From the NCBI RefSeq assembly GCF_001194135.2, contig NC_068989.1, positions 21,820,036-21,884,035 of the forward strand: a DNA stretch of 64,000 bases. The letters are read 5' to 3'. Origin of the DNA: Octopus bimaculoides. Lineage: Eukaryota. The position numbers and the translations under genes are program-made. Every line of letters begins with the position of its first letter. Position 1 is the first letter of the stretch. The notes under the pieces were generated by a model. That model made no database searches. It saw only the letters and a list, made by a program, of their open reading frames with translations, and had not been told where the DNA came from. This document shows, one piece after another, positions 38,771 to 52,670 of this stretch.

Positions 38771-40222
38771 TCCAACCCTGTAGTAGACACGAAAGTGGTG
38801 CTTTATATGCAGTATATTACTCTTGTCCATGAAGGCAGGAACTAAGCATTACTCTGCTCATGAAAGTGGGTAGGGGGTAGCAATAAATTCAGTTTTTGTT
38901 GGGGTTTTTTTTATACCTTTTTTAAACTCTTAATTACCATGCAAATACATAAATTTCCATAGATACCAAATTTATGACAACATATTTCCACTCATTCTTT
39001 CCTTGCATGAGTTTTGGATAAAATCAAAGAACAAAGTAATATTATATCTTCTGCCATTCATGAAGATTCTGTACTAGTCTATCGTCAAAATTAAATTGAT
39101 TGAAACTGATATGATAATCAATGTTTTATATATATATATATATATACATACACATACATATATATAAGCAGAGACAGGTGTTGTCTGCCTTCAGAGAGAG
39201 AAGCTTTTCCCACGTAATACAGGTGCAGTCTATTTTAAAAATACATATTACCAAAGACAGCTGCATTCTATTTGTCATTTACTTGGTCATGTCCCCATAT
39301 ACAGGTACCATCTACCTGAGAAATGTATGTCCTAGAGATAGGTCCCATCTACATCATTTACATGGAAACTAATCATCATTATTGACCAACTGATGTGCTG
39401 CTGTTGTTTAAAACCAACACAGAATTGCTCAACCACACAACTTAGTCCCTAATGTAGATCAGACATATGTAATTTTATAGATTTGCTGTAGTTTTGCTTG
39501 TTTTTTGGGGGGGTTTTCTTCAGTGATTTACAATGCTGATTCAATTAATTGAACCACTTTTTATTCAATGTAAGATAATTTAAATTCTTCACACACAGAA
39601 ACCAGCTTCTTTGGCATGAATATATGGCAAAATAGATGTTGGATCATCAAAGAAGCCTACAATGATTACTCCACCTGTTAGAAATAAGAGCAAAATATTA
39701 CTCAAATCACACCCTATTGTCTTAAAAAAGGAAGAAGACATTGGATAATGTCTTTTTATAGCTTAGAGAAAAGCAGAGAATTTATGGCTTGTGGAGTAAA
39801 CTGGGGAAAGAAACTAAGACCCCTGTGATACTACATTAGAAAGAGTCATCACATAAAGAGTTATTCTAAGATTTAGTTCAAATGGTCACTACAGAGTGAA
39901 CTTTGTATAAAGCAACAAACAGTCAAGTGATGGTGTCAAAACCCAGAAGACAGATAGAGTTTCCCATTTGATATCTGTTATATGTAGTCCTACACACATC
40001 ATTACGAAATAAGACAAGATGATCAAGGCTGAGTACCTTTAATCATAGGTCTGCTCAATCAGGACTAACTTGGGATTAAATACCAACAGCTTTATGTTAC
40101 AACTAATACAAAATTATATCAAACGAGTTGGTTACAATAGAAAATATATTAGTATGAGAAAACATTAAAAAACACACACACAAATATAATTCATGAAATA
40201 CAGATGTGTATAATATTTATGT

Positions 40223-40601
40223 GGAGGCGCAATGGCCCAGTGGTTAGGGCAGCGGACTCGCGGTCATAGGATCGCGGTTTCGATTCTCAAACCGGACGTT
40301 GTGAGTGTTTATTGAGCGAAAACACCTAAACACGAGGCTCTAGCAAGGGATGGTGACGAACCCTGCTGTACTCTTTCACCACAACTTTCTCTCACTCTTA
40401 CTTCCTGTTTCTGTTGTGCCTGTAATTCAAAGGGCCAGCCTTGTCACACTCTGTGTCACACTGAATCTCCCCCCGAGAACTACATTAAGGGTACACGTGT
40501 CTGTGGATTGCTCAGCCACTTGCACGTTAATTTCACGAGCAGGCTGTTCCGTTGATCGAATCAACTGGAACCCTTGTCGTCGTAACCGACGGAGTGCCAA
40601 C
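40223..40601 (+). mobile_element. tRNA-derived SINE family B1
   Basis: A-box tggcccagtggttagg and B-box ggtttcgattc. It matches 59723-60090 along its full length. Candidate TSD TAATATTTAT at 40211-40220 and 40609-40618. Confidence 0.9.
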
Positions 40602-41717
40602 TGACTAATAATATTTATAATGTGAATACAAACATGGAATGGCAGTAAACTGCAATATTTTGTCTCAAAAAAAAACCTATCAAAGAGACATGTGTAAAAA
40701 CAAGGATTCACTCAGAAAGCCAGTATATCTCCAGGCATACGTTTTGAGCTGATTCGGTCATCATATCAAGATACTGAGTTGCTCTAAGACTAGCTTCAAA
40801 TAGTCACAAAAGAGTGTCCTCTGGAAATTCTGAGCTAAGCTGAAAATGCTTGTTCTGATATAAGAATTAATAAATAATACATTTAATGAGTTGTGTAAAA
40901 GCTAATATTTTCACTGGAAACAGGTGTTACATTAAAATACCAGTGTATATAACAATGTGTGTATAAGTGTGGGATGATGTTTAGTTATAATATTTTATTT
41001 CAGAGAAACATCTCACAAAGACATAAATGATAGAAACTTTACTGTAGAGAGACTGCTTGGCATTCAAGTCATTACATTTTTTATAGCACATTAAAACTTA
41101 ACAAAACTATGAAATGCCACAACACACACACACACACACACACATATATGTAATTATATTTCTATCACACTCCTATTCATCTTGGCTCTTCTGTTCTCTT
41201 TTATTCGATTCATTAGCTAGGTCGCTGAGTGAATAAATGCAGGAGAGTAGTGAGGACTCTAATGCGGTACAAGGCAATTCCCAAGGGGGTGGTGCCACTA
41301 TGATTTCATCTAGGATACTTTGCAAAATAGTTAGGAAATGAGATATGGGGTGCTAGACAAGATCCTTTAGTCTTGTCAAGAACATGGTAATCCTTTCTAG
41401 TACTGGTGCCATAGTAAAATGCACCCAGTTCACTGCAAAGTGTGGGATTGAGAGGACTGTTTAGTCTTGTTGAAGACATGACAAGATGCTAATGCTAGTG
41501 CTATAATAAAATGCACTCAGTACACTCTGTGAAGTGGTTGGTGTAAGGTAGGATAACCAGTCATAGAAACCAAGTCAGATATAAAGAGATATGGTCCTTC
41601 ACTCCATTTAACCCAACTCCATATAGAAAGTGAATGGAAAACAATGGCAATAATATATTTTATGCCGCCTTTAACTCAATGTTTTCAAGTTGACATTAGT
41701 TACAAGGGTCTGTCATC

Positions 41718-42015
41718 GTATCGTCGTCGTTTAACGTCCGCTTTCCATGCTAGCATGGGTTGGACGATTTGACTGAGGACTGGTGAAACCAGATGGCTAC
41801 ACCAGGCTCCAATCTGATTTGGAAGAGTTTCTACAGTTGGATGCCCTTCCTAATGCCAACCACTCCGAGATGTAGTGGGTGCTTTTACGTGCCACCGGCA
41901 CGAAGGCCAGTCAGGCAATACTGGCAACGGCCACGCTCAAAATGGTGTATTTTCCGTGCCACCTGCACAGGAGCCAGTTCGGTTGCACTGGCAACGATCT
42001 CGCTCGAATGTCTTT
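41718..42015 (-). mobile_element. Family D RTE-like 3' end
   Basis: cgtcgtcgtttaacgtccgctttccatgctagcatggg...ggatgcccttcctaatgccaacc. Confidence 0.8.
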
Positions 42016-42589
42016 ACGGAATATAATTCTAATTCCTTTAACAATCCAATTGAAAATGGTATCTAGCAAATTGTTAGTCATCAACTTCACCTTCTATACT
42101 CTTTTACATATGACATTCATAATAAGTATTACATACCAGGATACAGCTACATTCTCAAAAAATACTCAACCAGACTTCCACTGAATCTACAGTCACTACA
42201 CAAAGCATTTACTGAATGCAAGCATAATAATAATCTCAGATTAATTTGCTATGTAGCATCTAATTTACATTCTTAAAATAAAGTCATTAGAAATTTACAA
42301 AGCATTTTATCTAAACTAATTACAGCAATGTGAAATGAAAAACGAGAATTAATGAAATTATGATAGAACTCGTTGGGATTCATCCACAAAGAATGGATTT
42401 ATAATTAGTCATAGTTTAGCCTTAAGTCAGACTGGATCCAGCAGATCCATGATCAAAGGTATTCCATCAAGGGGCTACATTATCCAAAATGTTCTTCCAT
42501 GAAGCTTGAAAGGTGTCAGTGAAGATTTGGTTGCAATTTCTAACAAGACAAGCACCTTGGTAGAAGCTCCCTCATTCGCTATTTTCTAC

Positions 42590-42815
42590 ATTGTTTCTAA
42601 CGTAGACAAAAGACCTAAAAACTTAAGGCAAAAGGTCAGTCCTTTAAATTGAACCCATTAAATTGAATATTTGACTGGAACTCTATTTTATCGATTCCTG
42701 ATGGATGAAAGGCAAAGTTGACTGTGACAGGATTTGAACTCAAAACGTAAAGATCTACAAAAATTACAGCAAGACATTTTGTCTGATGCCCTAACATTCT
42801 TGCTCTTAATGAACT
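42590..42815 (-). mobile_element. SINE family A, degraded
   Basis: gatgaaaggcaaagttgac..gatttgaactcaaaacgtaaag. Confidence 0.7.
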
Positions 42816-43793
42816 CTAGCCTCTTATTTTTCATTAGCTTGGCTTCATCAGCAGTTTTTTCTTTTATTAGATTTCGAAAGTTGTAAGTCATGACAACAAG
42901 AGAAGCTGACACAGGGAGCTTAGATAGGAAATTAGCATTATTGTTACAATAACTATGATTGTTTTTCTGAGTTTTAAATCAAGATAACATCAATACAAGA
43001 ATTGAGCTCATCACATTTTTGAGAGCATTACTTTAAATCTGTGAATTTGCCATTTGCTATGCTTATAGTGTTTGTATGTGAGAGAAGGTTAGACATATGG
43101 TAATATATGGTTGAGAGGAAAGGGGAAATGAGAGAGAGAAGACAGGAGGATAATTCAGTGGTGACAAGAGACATTGACAAGGAGGGAAAAAGATGAGGAT
43201 AAAAGAGGGAGAGGGATACGCTCAGAGAATGTGAGAAGGGAAATAAGTAGAAGGAAAGAAGAGAGAGAGATAGCAGAGAAAAGACAGAAATGACAGGGTG
43301 AAAAAGAGATGAAAATAAAATATGGAAAACAGATAATGGTAGGGAAACAAGGCTGAAAACATCATAGAAAAATGGGAGTGGCAGTGGTAGGAGTGATAGT
43401 CCATTAACCCAAGATTATAGAGTTAAAATTCAACCAATGAAAATTGGTAATACCAGAATATTAGGTGAACTCTAAAAGGTGTTATATTCTGTCTTTTGGC
43501 AAAAACATTTTTGTTCCAAATTAAGAGAAAGTATTTATTTAGTCGGTCAGGAGTTGAAGTTTCAAGCAGATTGACCACACAAGACTTGATAGCAGAACAA
43601 TAGCTCAACAGCAGTATGAAGGTCCAGACTGTATAACTGATGAACAGCCAGCTAGATAGCTATTTTAGGTGCTAATACTACCAAGATCAACTTCCAGATC
43701 AATAAGAGGAAATATATGCAGCATATTGGAACAGGTGATGAACAACCAGAGTAATTGATGCCATGAGTCATAATGAAACATTTACTCAATTAC

Positions 43794-43828
43794 CTCCATG
43801 TTAAAAGGAGATACTCATACAATAATAT
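43794..43828 (-). CDS. Candidate 35-nt exon, paralogue of 3202-3236 (ILLYEYLLLTW..)
   Basis: tttgtcgtAG|ATATTA...TGGAG|GTaatt. Confidence 0.35.
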
Positions 43829-46800
43829 CTACGACAAACCTAAAAGAACTGCAATTTAGCTGTTCAACTTGCTGGAAATAGCAGCTAAAGCTCCCTAAAA
43901 AAAATACACTATCATTCATAAAAGTAGAATACATTGGATAACACTTTTCTAGATATACAAAAAGACAGGACAGTAACAGATGGAATTATCATAGATTTAT
44001 TGACCAGCACTTGGGATAAAATGGCAAGGCATCACTGTCCCTGTTACTTAGCTAACCCCTGCTTAAGCAGATCAAATGGTGTTAAAATGTTTGCTATTCA
44101 TATTTATTTGATTCTAACGAAAAGGTGTAACATTATAGATTATTAGGATATTAGGTGTTGAGTGGAGTGAGAATTTCTCTCCCATCACTGGTACAATGTC
44201 CATAAATAAGCACAGCATTTGACTCTCAATGGACTAGTCTATCTGAAAGCAGGACAATTATAGCTCACTACCATTAGCAGCAAGGGCACTGTATTTATAG
44301 AGCTGAATTAACAGTTACCTTTAGATTTAAATAATAGAACAGTCAATCACTGCAGTTTTCTCACTGAAAATACTGTAAATGAAGCAGATAGAGAATCAGT
44401 ATGTGTTATATACAAGTTGGTGAATATTTTAAACAATAGATACGATGGGGGGTTCATAAGCAATTAAATACTTTACAAATAGTTATTTCATCAACCACTG
44501 AGAAAAACTACAATAGTAAAATGTCTCCTGGGGCTAAATTACAGCAACATTCATCCTAAACCAGGACTGCCATGTTATGTTGGCAAAAATCTTTACTCCA
44601 AAGTACTGTTGCTGAATATCTCTTGTGAGATTTTTAAAAATAGTAATTTTCTAATGTTTACAATATGGTGAAAATAAGTCCATAACTCATTTGGTAACAG
44701 TGGTCGTACTAAAGTATTCGTTTAAATAAATTGTATCTATAGAAAAATTGGCTTGATGGTTCCCATCTTTCTCCAAGAAGTTAGGGGAACATGTGGTTTA
44801 AACCAAACAAGTTAACAAAATACAGCATCTCCACTGCTTACATAGCACTGTATGAACTAATGTTACCTATTTATTAAATAATATGAGTGAGTGCTGAAAA
44901 GCTCCTAGCTTTTAGGGTATCATGAAAAGTATGGTTGGCACCCAGCATTCTAAGTTCTTTTAGAGGGTTTAGGAAAACTGAAGGACCACTGTAATAAGTG
45001 TGTGAATCTGAAAGGGGAATATGTTGAATAAAATCATAATTAACCGATCCTCCTGTATTTTTTAATACCCAAAGACAGGAACTTTTCATCACCTCCTCGT
45101 ACATAAAGCTTTTGTTCAGTCTAACATACAATATGTCAACACTTTTTTTTCATGAAGCAATTATTCTATAAACTCAGTCAATTATTAAGTATCTATAATA
45201 TGGATTCTCTAGAAAACTAACAATCTTTAATTTGTTTCATTTTGACTGCAGCCATGCTGGAGCACCGCCTTAATTAACTGAAGGGATTTGTGGCTTGTCT
45301 GCCTTCCTACTTATTAAGACTTTGGTTTTTGCTAGGTTGACTATAAGGACCTTCGATTCTAATCCTTGCTTCCACAACTGANNNNNNNNNNNNNNNNNNN
45401 NNNNNNNNNNNNNNNNNNNNNNNNNNNNNNNNNNNNNNNNNNNNNNNNNNNNNNNNNNNNNNNNNNNNNNNNNNNNNNNNNNNNNNNNNNNNNNNNNNNN
45501 NNNNNNNNNNNNNNNNNNNNNNNNNNNNNNNNNNNNNNNNNNNNNNNNNNNNNNNNNNNNNNNNNNNNNNNNNNNNNNNNNNNNNNNNNNNNNNNNNNNN
45601 NNNNNNNNNNNNNNNNNNNNNNNNNNNNNNNNNNNNNCAATGAAAACTAACCATTCCGAAGATTAATCGTAGACGCGTTTCTGGATTATGAGTGATAAAT
45701 ACTCAATTTCCTTCATCGATACGATATTCCAGTAGTAAATTCGACTATGCTAGCAAACTGTGCATGCATGAACGAGTAACATTCTACATCGACACAGATC
45801 TGAAAGCATAACCGAATCTACCTTGGCCAGCCAGCCCACTATCCTTCCTTCAAGAAATTACCATGTGTGTGACAAGCAATACCGCAGAGAATCTGCGTTT
45901 ACTAACAGGGAGTGAATAATTATTACAAATTAAAAGGGTAAAGGATTATCAATTTATTAATAAATCAACAATTAATAATTTTCACCAAGCCCTTCGGTAT
46001 GTAAGCACCATTATCGGTGGAGAACTTATTTAAAAGTTCAAATATTTTTATAAACATAATTAAGGGACCAGCAAATATTTGCTTCACCACACACACATAT
46101 ATATATATATATATAAAAGACAGACTTCTCTCTTTAGTTTCCGTCTATCAAATCTACTCACAAGGCTTTGGTCAGCCGAGGCTATAATAGAAGGCACTTG
46201 CCCAACGTGATATGCAGTGGTACTGAACCTGGGACCATGTGGTTGGGAAGCAAACTTCTTACCACACAGCCACACCTGTTGTTTATGTTTATGAATCAAT
46301 GAATTGCAACCATCACTGCCTGTACAAAGGAGATGTAATTATGTTACAACTATCAAAGAACATCAAAAAAAAAAAAAAAAAAAAAAGACTGGAGGATGCT
46401 TCAGAAGAGATAAACAGAAAAATTAAAATGAGTTAATTAAATCTGATGATTAATGTAATCCAATAAGGTGACAAAAAATAGAATCTGTAAACTACCAGGG
46501 AAAATTAGTTTTACTGTTTATTCGCATCCTTTTACATTCATCGTCATAATTTAACATCCAGGTTCCTTGCAGGTATAGGCTGGATGGTTAGGTAGGACCC
46601 GGCAAGAGCAAGGACTGCATTGTACTCCAGTATCTTCTTTGGTATCATTTCTATGGTCGGATGCCCTTCCTAATGTCAACCACTATATAGTGGATACTGT
46701 GGTGCTTTTTTTATTACCCAATAGCACCAGTGGGGTTACTGTGTAACTTACAAGACTATAAACCACAAGGCAGGTCCTTATACAAAGAGATGAGGGGTTA

Positions 46801-47399
46801 AAGCTTAAGAGAAGAGGGCAGAGCAGGTTTTTTGTTGTAGAGGAGGGGGGGCTACTCAGATTTAGACAAGAGAGAGACAATAATTAGTTGGAGCTGCAAA
46901 GAGATGAAACCTTCACCAGTAAACTTTTCCTTGCAAGACGTACATAAAATGAGATATATTTGATTATATTCTCCTCTATAATTTGTGGTCATGTGCCAAT
47001 TTCAAAATAGATATTCAAAAATATCCCACTTTTCTGTTTGCTAGAATGATTTTTCCAAAAAAGGAACTGGTAGCTGTATGCTGAAAAAGAAGATATTGAT
47101 TGAGTTATTTAGCCCTAGGTAGCCCCGATTCAGTAGATCTCTGATCAATTGTAACTAGACTATCAGTTTTTATGTTTTTATCTATGTATAGTGTACCAGA
47201 GATTACATTAACCAATATGTCCTTTATTTCAGTAGCATGTGGTTTGAGGAACATTCAGCTACTGTTTCTAACAAAATAAGTGACTACATTGACTTGATTT
47301 TGATCAAATAAAAAAGATTTCTATCAGCCCAGTCTAGTAGAAGGGTTCTGTACCCATATCTTTCACTGGCCCCCTAAGACCAGTAATACACATTGTTAA

Positions 47400-48750
47400 T
47401 ATTCCTCTTAAATGGTTGCAAATAGATGACTGCAAATAAAATGTGCAGGAAGGAGTTCTGGGGAGGTAGTTAGAGAGACCTTAATGGGGAGTGAGGATTT
47501 AAATGATACAGATAGTGAAAGAGAGAGAAGCAAATTGAGAGTGCATAAGTGAGACCAGTTGTCCAGCTCTCAAAATCAGAGACCACAGTAACATTGGCAA
47601 AGGCAGCATGTCAAATAGGCCAGTCAGTCAAATGGCCTTTCTTTGAATGCAGTCTAAGATATCCAGGAGTGTGTGTGTGTGTAGCATCTGCAGACCTAGT
47701 TACAGGAATAGTGCTCCATTTCAAAAGTTGAGCTTTGTAGACGATTAATATCTGAAATATTTTCTGGTGCTGAAGTTTTGTAATGCCGTGTTTGTTATGT
47801 CAAGGATATGTGTTCATCAGAAGAGGTCCTCACTGATGGTGAGATCTAGCATTCATAGCAAATTTGAGGTTTCTAGTTGCATGCTGCTTGTATTTGGGGT
47901 GGTGGGGAATAAATTTTTATCAATGTGTGTAGTGATTTTTATATTTGTATTGTCGAAGGAGATAGGATTGGCAAGACCTCAATGAAAGATATTTATGAAT
48001 TCTCTGTTTATGAAGCCAGTGCAGGTTTGGTATGGGGGAGTGTATGATGCATGTTGATAATGCTTAAAATTAGGTTAGGGAGAAATGAAAGGTGCTATCA
48101 TCAGTGTAAAAGTGGGCATTGTTAGAAGTGACAGAAAATAGATTGCTAGCATATAGGAGAAAATGTGTGAAGGACAAAATTGAACCCTGAGGTCACATCA
48201 AAGTTGACAGAATACAGGCCAGAGAGAGCTCAACATATGCCATAATAGTTGATCTGACAGAGAGTCAGCAACACAAGAGACAGGAGATAGAACAGTTTTG
48301 CTAGCAGATTTGCATGCTAGACAGGTTTAAAAGTTTTAATACTGTTGAAGGTAACAATACTACTTTCCCTAAATTTATTAAGTGTGGAACTCTACAGGTA
48401 ACATATGAGAGTAGGACACTGGAACATTTGATGTTGCAAAAGATATACTGGTGGTCATTAAAAAGGAAATGAGATTCAATGTATTCAATGTAATGAAGGG
48501 AGTTATTCTTAATGGCTGTTACAATCCCCTTTGAAATGTAGGAAGTAAATGTGATAGGACAGTAGTTAGAAGGGTCCAGGATGTTTTCCTTTTAGGAAAT
48601 GGGACTCACTGCATCTTGTTTTCAAAAAGATTACTATAACTGGTGAAGATTATGAAGAGCTTAATAATAGATGGAATAACCAAACTAATATAATATATTC
48701 AAAGCAAATGTAATGTAGTGGTTTTTGCTTCAAATCAGACACTTGAGCAA
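47400..48750 (-). mobile_element. Decayed CR1/Jockey-group LINE, reverse-transcriptase region
   Basis: Broken frames give DPSNYCPITFTS, FLFNDHQY, VTSGFNFV (a decayed PQG block) and FYTDDSTF (YTDD at 48097-48108). Confidence 0.8.
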
Positions 48751-49724
48751 GAAAGAAGCAAAAAAAAATGAGGTATAAAAAGCGCCCACACATAAAATTT
48801 TATATGCAAAAGTGTCGCTAAAGATCTGAAGCTAACAAAAAGGGAAAACAAATGGAGAAATGGTCAGAGACATCAAATATCACCAGTTTCAAATAAGACT
48901 ACCCTTTTCCCATGTAAAAATGCAAGTAAATATCAATGTACATGCATAGACACATGTTACCAAATGACCACTGACTTCCAAGTTCATCCAATCTTTGACA
49001 GGTTTTAAAAATTACTGAATTCCCCAAAGCAGAGTTGGTGGGATTGCTGGTTTAGTCACCAACAACTTGGTCACAAGAAACTTGAAATATACATCAGGTC
49101 ATTGACATTACATAAGTTAAAAGTAATTAGTAAGTTAATGGTAAGACCTAATATAGATGAAGCACTAGCAAACGAATGCTTCATGTTTGAACTAAAAATA
49201 TTTTTAAGATTGTAACAACAACAAATTTAGATAAGTTACAATACCCAGTGTCATGTTTTATTGTTCTTGATTCAACTTGAATTAAGGTCAATAAAATAGG
49301 CATCAATGACAGCAAAGACTGAACATGTTATTGATATATATACACTCCCATTGTAGACTAATTTACAAGTATATCAGCTTGAAAACACTGGTTCTTATCC
49401 AATCAGCAAAGTTAAGCAATGCATCACTGCTATGATCAATGCACTTGAATAATCAATTGGGAAACATTAACTGTCTTATATATCTTTAGTTTTCTAACAA
49501 CAGTTGAGCTCACCTGGTTAAGAATTCTCAATCAAGACATCCCAAATTTGTTTCTACTTGCCCAAGATGCAGAACATAGCTTCAGGTTGAACCCAAGCAT
49601 TGTGAGTTAAATAGGTGAGACAGAAAATGTTTGGAAGCCTACTGGTTTGACTGTCCCTTATAATTCAATGGACCAGCCTTGTCATACAAACACATTGACT
49701 CTCCTTGATAATTAGGTTAGAAGT

Positions 49725-50035
49725 GCATATCATCATCATTGTTTAACACCCATTGTCCATGTTGGTATGGGTTGGACAGTTTAACCAGGGCTGGTAAGCT
49801 GAGGGGCTGCAACAGACTCCAGTCTGATTTGGAATGGTTTCTACAGCTGGATGCTCTTCCTAACGCCAACCACTCCAAGAGAGTAATGGGTGCTTTTTCA
49901 TGCCACCGGCACGGGTGCCAGTTGCATGACACCAGTATCTGCCACATCTACGATTTCACTTGGCTTGATGGGTCTTCTTCACAAGCACAGCATATTGCCA
50001 AAGGTCTCCATCATTTGTCATTGCCTCCATGTGTA
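49725..50035 (-). mobile_element. Family D RTE-like 3' end
   Basis: catcatcattgtttaacac...ggatgctcttcctaacgccaacc. Confidence 0.75.
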
Positions 50036-50267
50036 AGTGGATATTAAGGACAAAAAGGATTTTGACACAAAATTACAAGCTGAATATTTAAGTGTTTATT
50101 TATATCTGTTTATGGCCCTTATCTTAACCTAAAGTTGTAGATAAATGTGAAACTCCTATGAAAAACAGGTTCTCAAATATGAAAATTGTAATTAACCACC
50201 AACTCTTACCTAAGTTTAACAACAAAAATTTAGGGACTAGATTTTATTAACACAACGAATTATTCTT

Positions 50268-50794
50268 TTATTCTTTTACTTGTTTCAGTCATTTGACTGT
50301 GGCCATGCCGGAGCCCCAACTTCAGTTGAACAAATCAACCCCAGGACTTATTCTTTGTAAGCCTAGCGCTTATTCTAACAGCGTGTAAACACACCAACGC
50401 CAGTTGTCAAGTGATGGGCAGACAGACAGACAGACACAAAGATACACACACACACACGTGTGTGTGTGTGTGAAGGTGCGTAGCTTAGTGGTTAGGGCTA
50501 TTCGGCTCACGATTGGAAGGTCGTGCGTTCGATGCCAGGCGACGCGTTGTGTCCTTGGACAAGACACTTAATTTCACGTTGCTCCAGTCCACACAGCTGG
50601 CAAAAATGAGTAAAATCTGTATTTCAAAGGGCCAGTCTTGTCACACTGTGTCACGCTGAATCTCCCCGAGAACTACGTTATGGGTAAACGTGTCTGTAGA
50701 GTGCTCAGTCACTTACAAGTTAATTTCACGAGCAAACTGTTCCGTTGATCGTATCAGTCGGGACCCTCGTCGTCGTAATGGACGCACTGCTCCT

Positions 50795-50837
<43 letters not shown>

Positions 50838-50995
50838 GACCGCTCTTCTTTCAGTTTCCGTCAACCAAATCCACTCATAAGGATTTGGTCGGCCCTAGGC
50901 TACAGTAGAAGACACTTGACCAGGTTGCCACGCACTGGGACTGAACCTGGAACCATGTGGTTGGATAGCAAGTTTCTTACCACACAGTCACATTA
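50268..50995 (-). mobile_element. SINE C split by a nested SINE B2
   Basis: Tail 50268-50445, head 50835-50995, with the insertion lying inside the internal microsatellite. Confidence 0.85.
50472..50783 (+). mobile_element. tRNA-derived SINE family B2 (CORE-like middle, 3' half shared with B1)
   Basis: Head gtagcttagtggttagg...gttcgatgcc and gtgtccttggacaagacactt. Tail caaagggccagtcttgtcacactgtgtcacgctgaatctccccgagaactac... is shared with B1. Confidence 0.85.
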
Positions 50996-52546
50996 TATCA
51001 GCTTTCCTTTGAGATCGTTAACCTTTCGTTCAATCTTCTCAGGGGAAAGGGACACTGTAAGTGAACCCCTTCTCCGAGCCAAACGTATCATGGACAGAGA
51101 GAAAAGAATGCCCCCCCCCACCCAATACTTAACAGGTACTTTATCGAACTTGGAAGAATGAAACGCAAGGTGACCTAACCGGGATTTAAACTCCAAGCGC
51201 AGCGAATGGATATCGTGAGGCAATTCTTGTTGACACTCCTCCAACACCTCGGCCTATCCGCCACCTTATTCATTTTCTCTTGCCATTCATAATCATTTTC
51301 TCTTCCTTTCGAAGTATTCATTTCAATTATACTGTACCGCTCCGAGAGATCTCTTTCTCGATCGTTGTTTGTGTAGCCTAGGTTCAGTTACGATGGAGCA
51401 AGCTTAGAGAGATGGTAGGGTGAAATAGGAAGGAAATTTGTCTATCTGTAACAGTTTCAACGACCAGGTTAAGGAATCATTCGTATGTTCGTTTCCTTGG
51501 AATGTAAAAAGGGGCTAAAAGAGTCCAACTAGGTTATGAAATTACCTCTATTTTATTGTAACTTGTATGGTTGAACGAGAGAACTAAATGGTGCATTATT
51601 ACAATATGGTTAGCGATTCTGAACATAGGTATCAAACTACAAGAAACAAAGTATATAGCTCGGTGCTCTCTTGCGCCTGACACCCATCTGACGGTCAGGT
51701 ATGTGTTATAAAGGGACAGAGAGATGAGATCTAGAAATAGTCACGTTTTCTTTTTCAAAACAATGCATGTATAGCAATGTAAGTGAATCGATACTCAAAG
51801 AAGCGAAAGTGGACAGCAGATAAGGGTTAGCTAAAACAGAAATAATAGGCTATGTCGGCAACAGTTGGTTTCGTTCTAAAATGGTTTATTAAGATTCATT
51901 TATGGGGTGCATGCAAAGCAGTCAGGGAATTTCCAGAAAACAACGACGATGCCAATGCTGAAGGGAAAGGAAACCTTTTAAACGACCAAACAACAAATCT
52001 TATATCTTTTCTATCTCGTCCCACCAACTTTTTACGGCAAAATTATAAAAGCAACATTTCACATATCTTCCATAGTAAATACAGAGATAAATACATTCAC
52101 GAGAAAATAAAGGAAAAATGCTTGGTCGTTANNNNNNNNNNNNNNNNNNNNNNNNNNNNNNNNNNNNNNNNNNNNNNNNNNNNNNNNNNNNNNNNNNNNN
52201 NNNNNNNNNNNNNNNNNNNNNNNNNNNNNNNNNNNNNNNNNNNNNNNNNNNNNNNNNNNNNNNNNNNNNNNNNNNNNNNNNNNNNNNNNNNNNNNNNNNN
52301 NNNNNNNNNNNNNNNNNNNNNNNNNNNNNNNNNNNNNNNNNNNNNNNNNNNNNNNNNNNNNNNNNNNNNNNNNNNNNNNNNNNNNNNNNNNNNNNNNNNN
52401 NNNNNNNNNNNNNNNNNNNNNNNNNNNNNNNNNNNNNNNNNNNNNNNNNNNNNNNNNNNNNNNNNNNNNNNNNNNNNNNNNNNNNNNNNNNNNNNNNNNN
52501 NNNNNNNNNNNNNNNNNNNNNNNNNNNNNNNNNNNNNNNNNNNNNN

Positions 52547-52670
52547 TATATCAGCCATCTTGATAGAGCAGACAATATTGTAAATGCGAGCGTTTGATCG
52601 GTAATATATGCTCTATTGACCAATCAGAGATGTCGTTGCAAAAGACTGTTGGAATTTATGTAAAGATGGA
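52547..52670 (-). promoter_or_regulatory. Second copy of the candidate promoter and start codon (ATG at 52558; the rest of the exon lies in the gap)
   Basis: Identical to 21787 onward for ~86 bp, including the CCAAT box. Confidence 0.45.

Noticed and set aside
40223-40295. tRNA-like sequences (also at 50472, 59723, and ~60950-61020 on the minus strand)
   Set aside because: These are SINE heads with A/B boxes but no complete cloverleaf, and they continue into shared SINE bodies.
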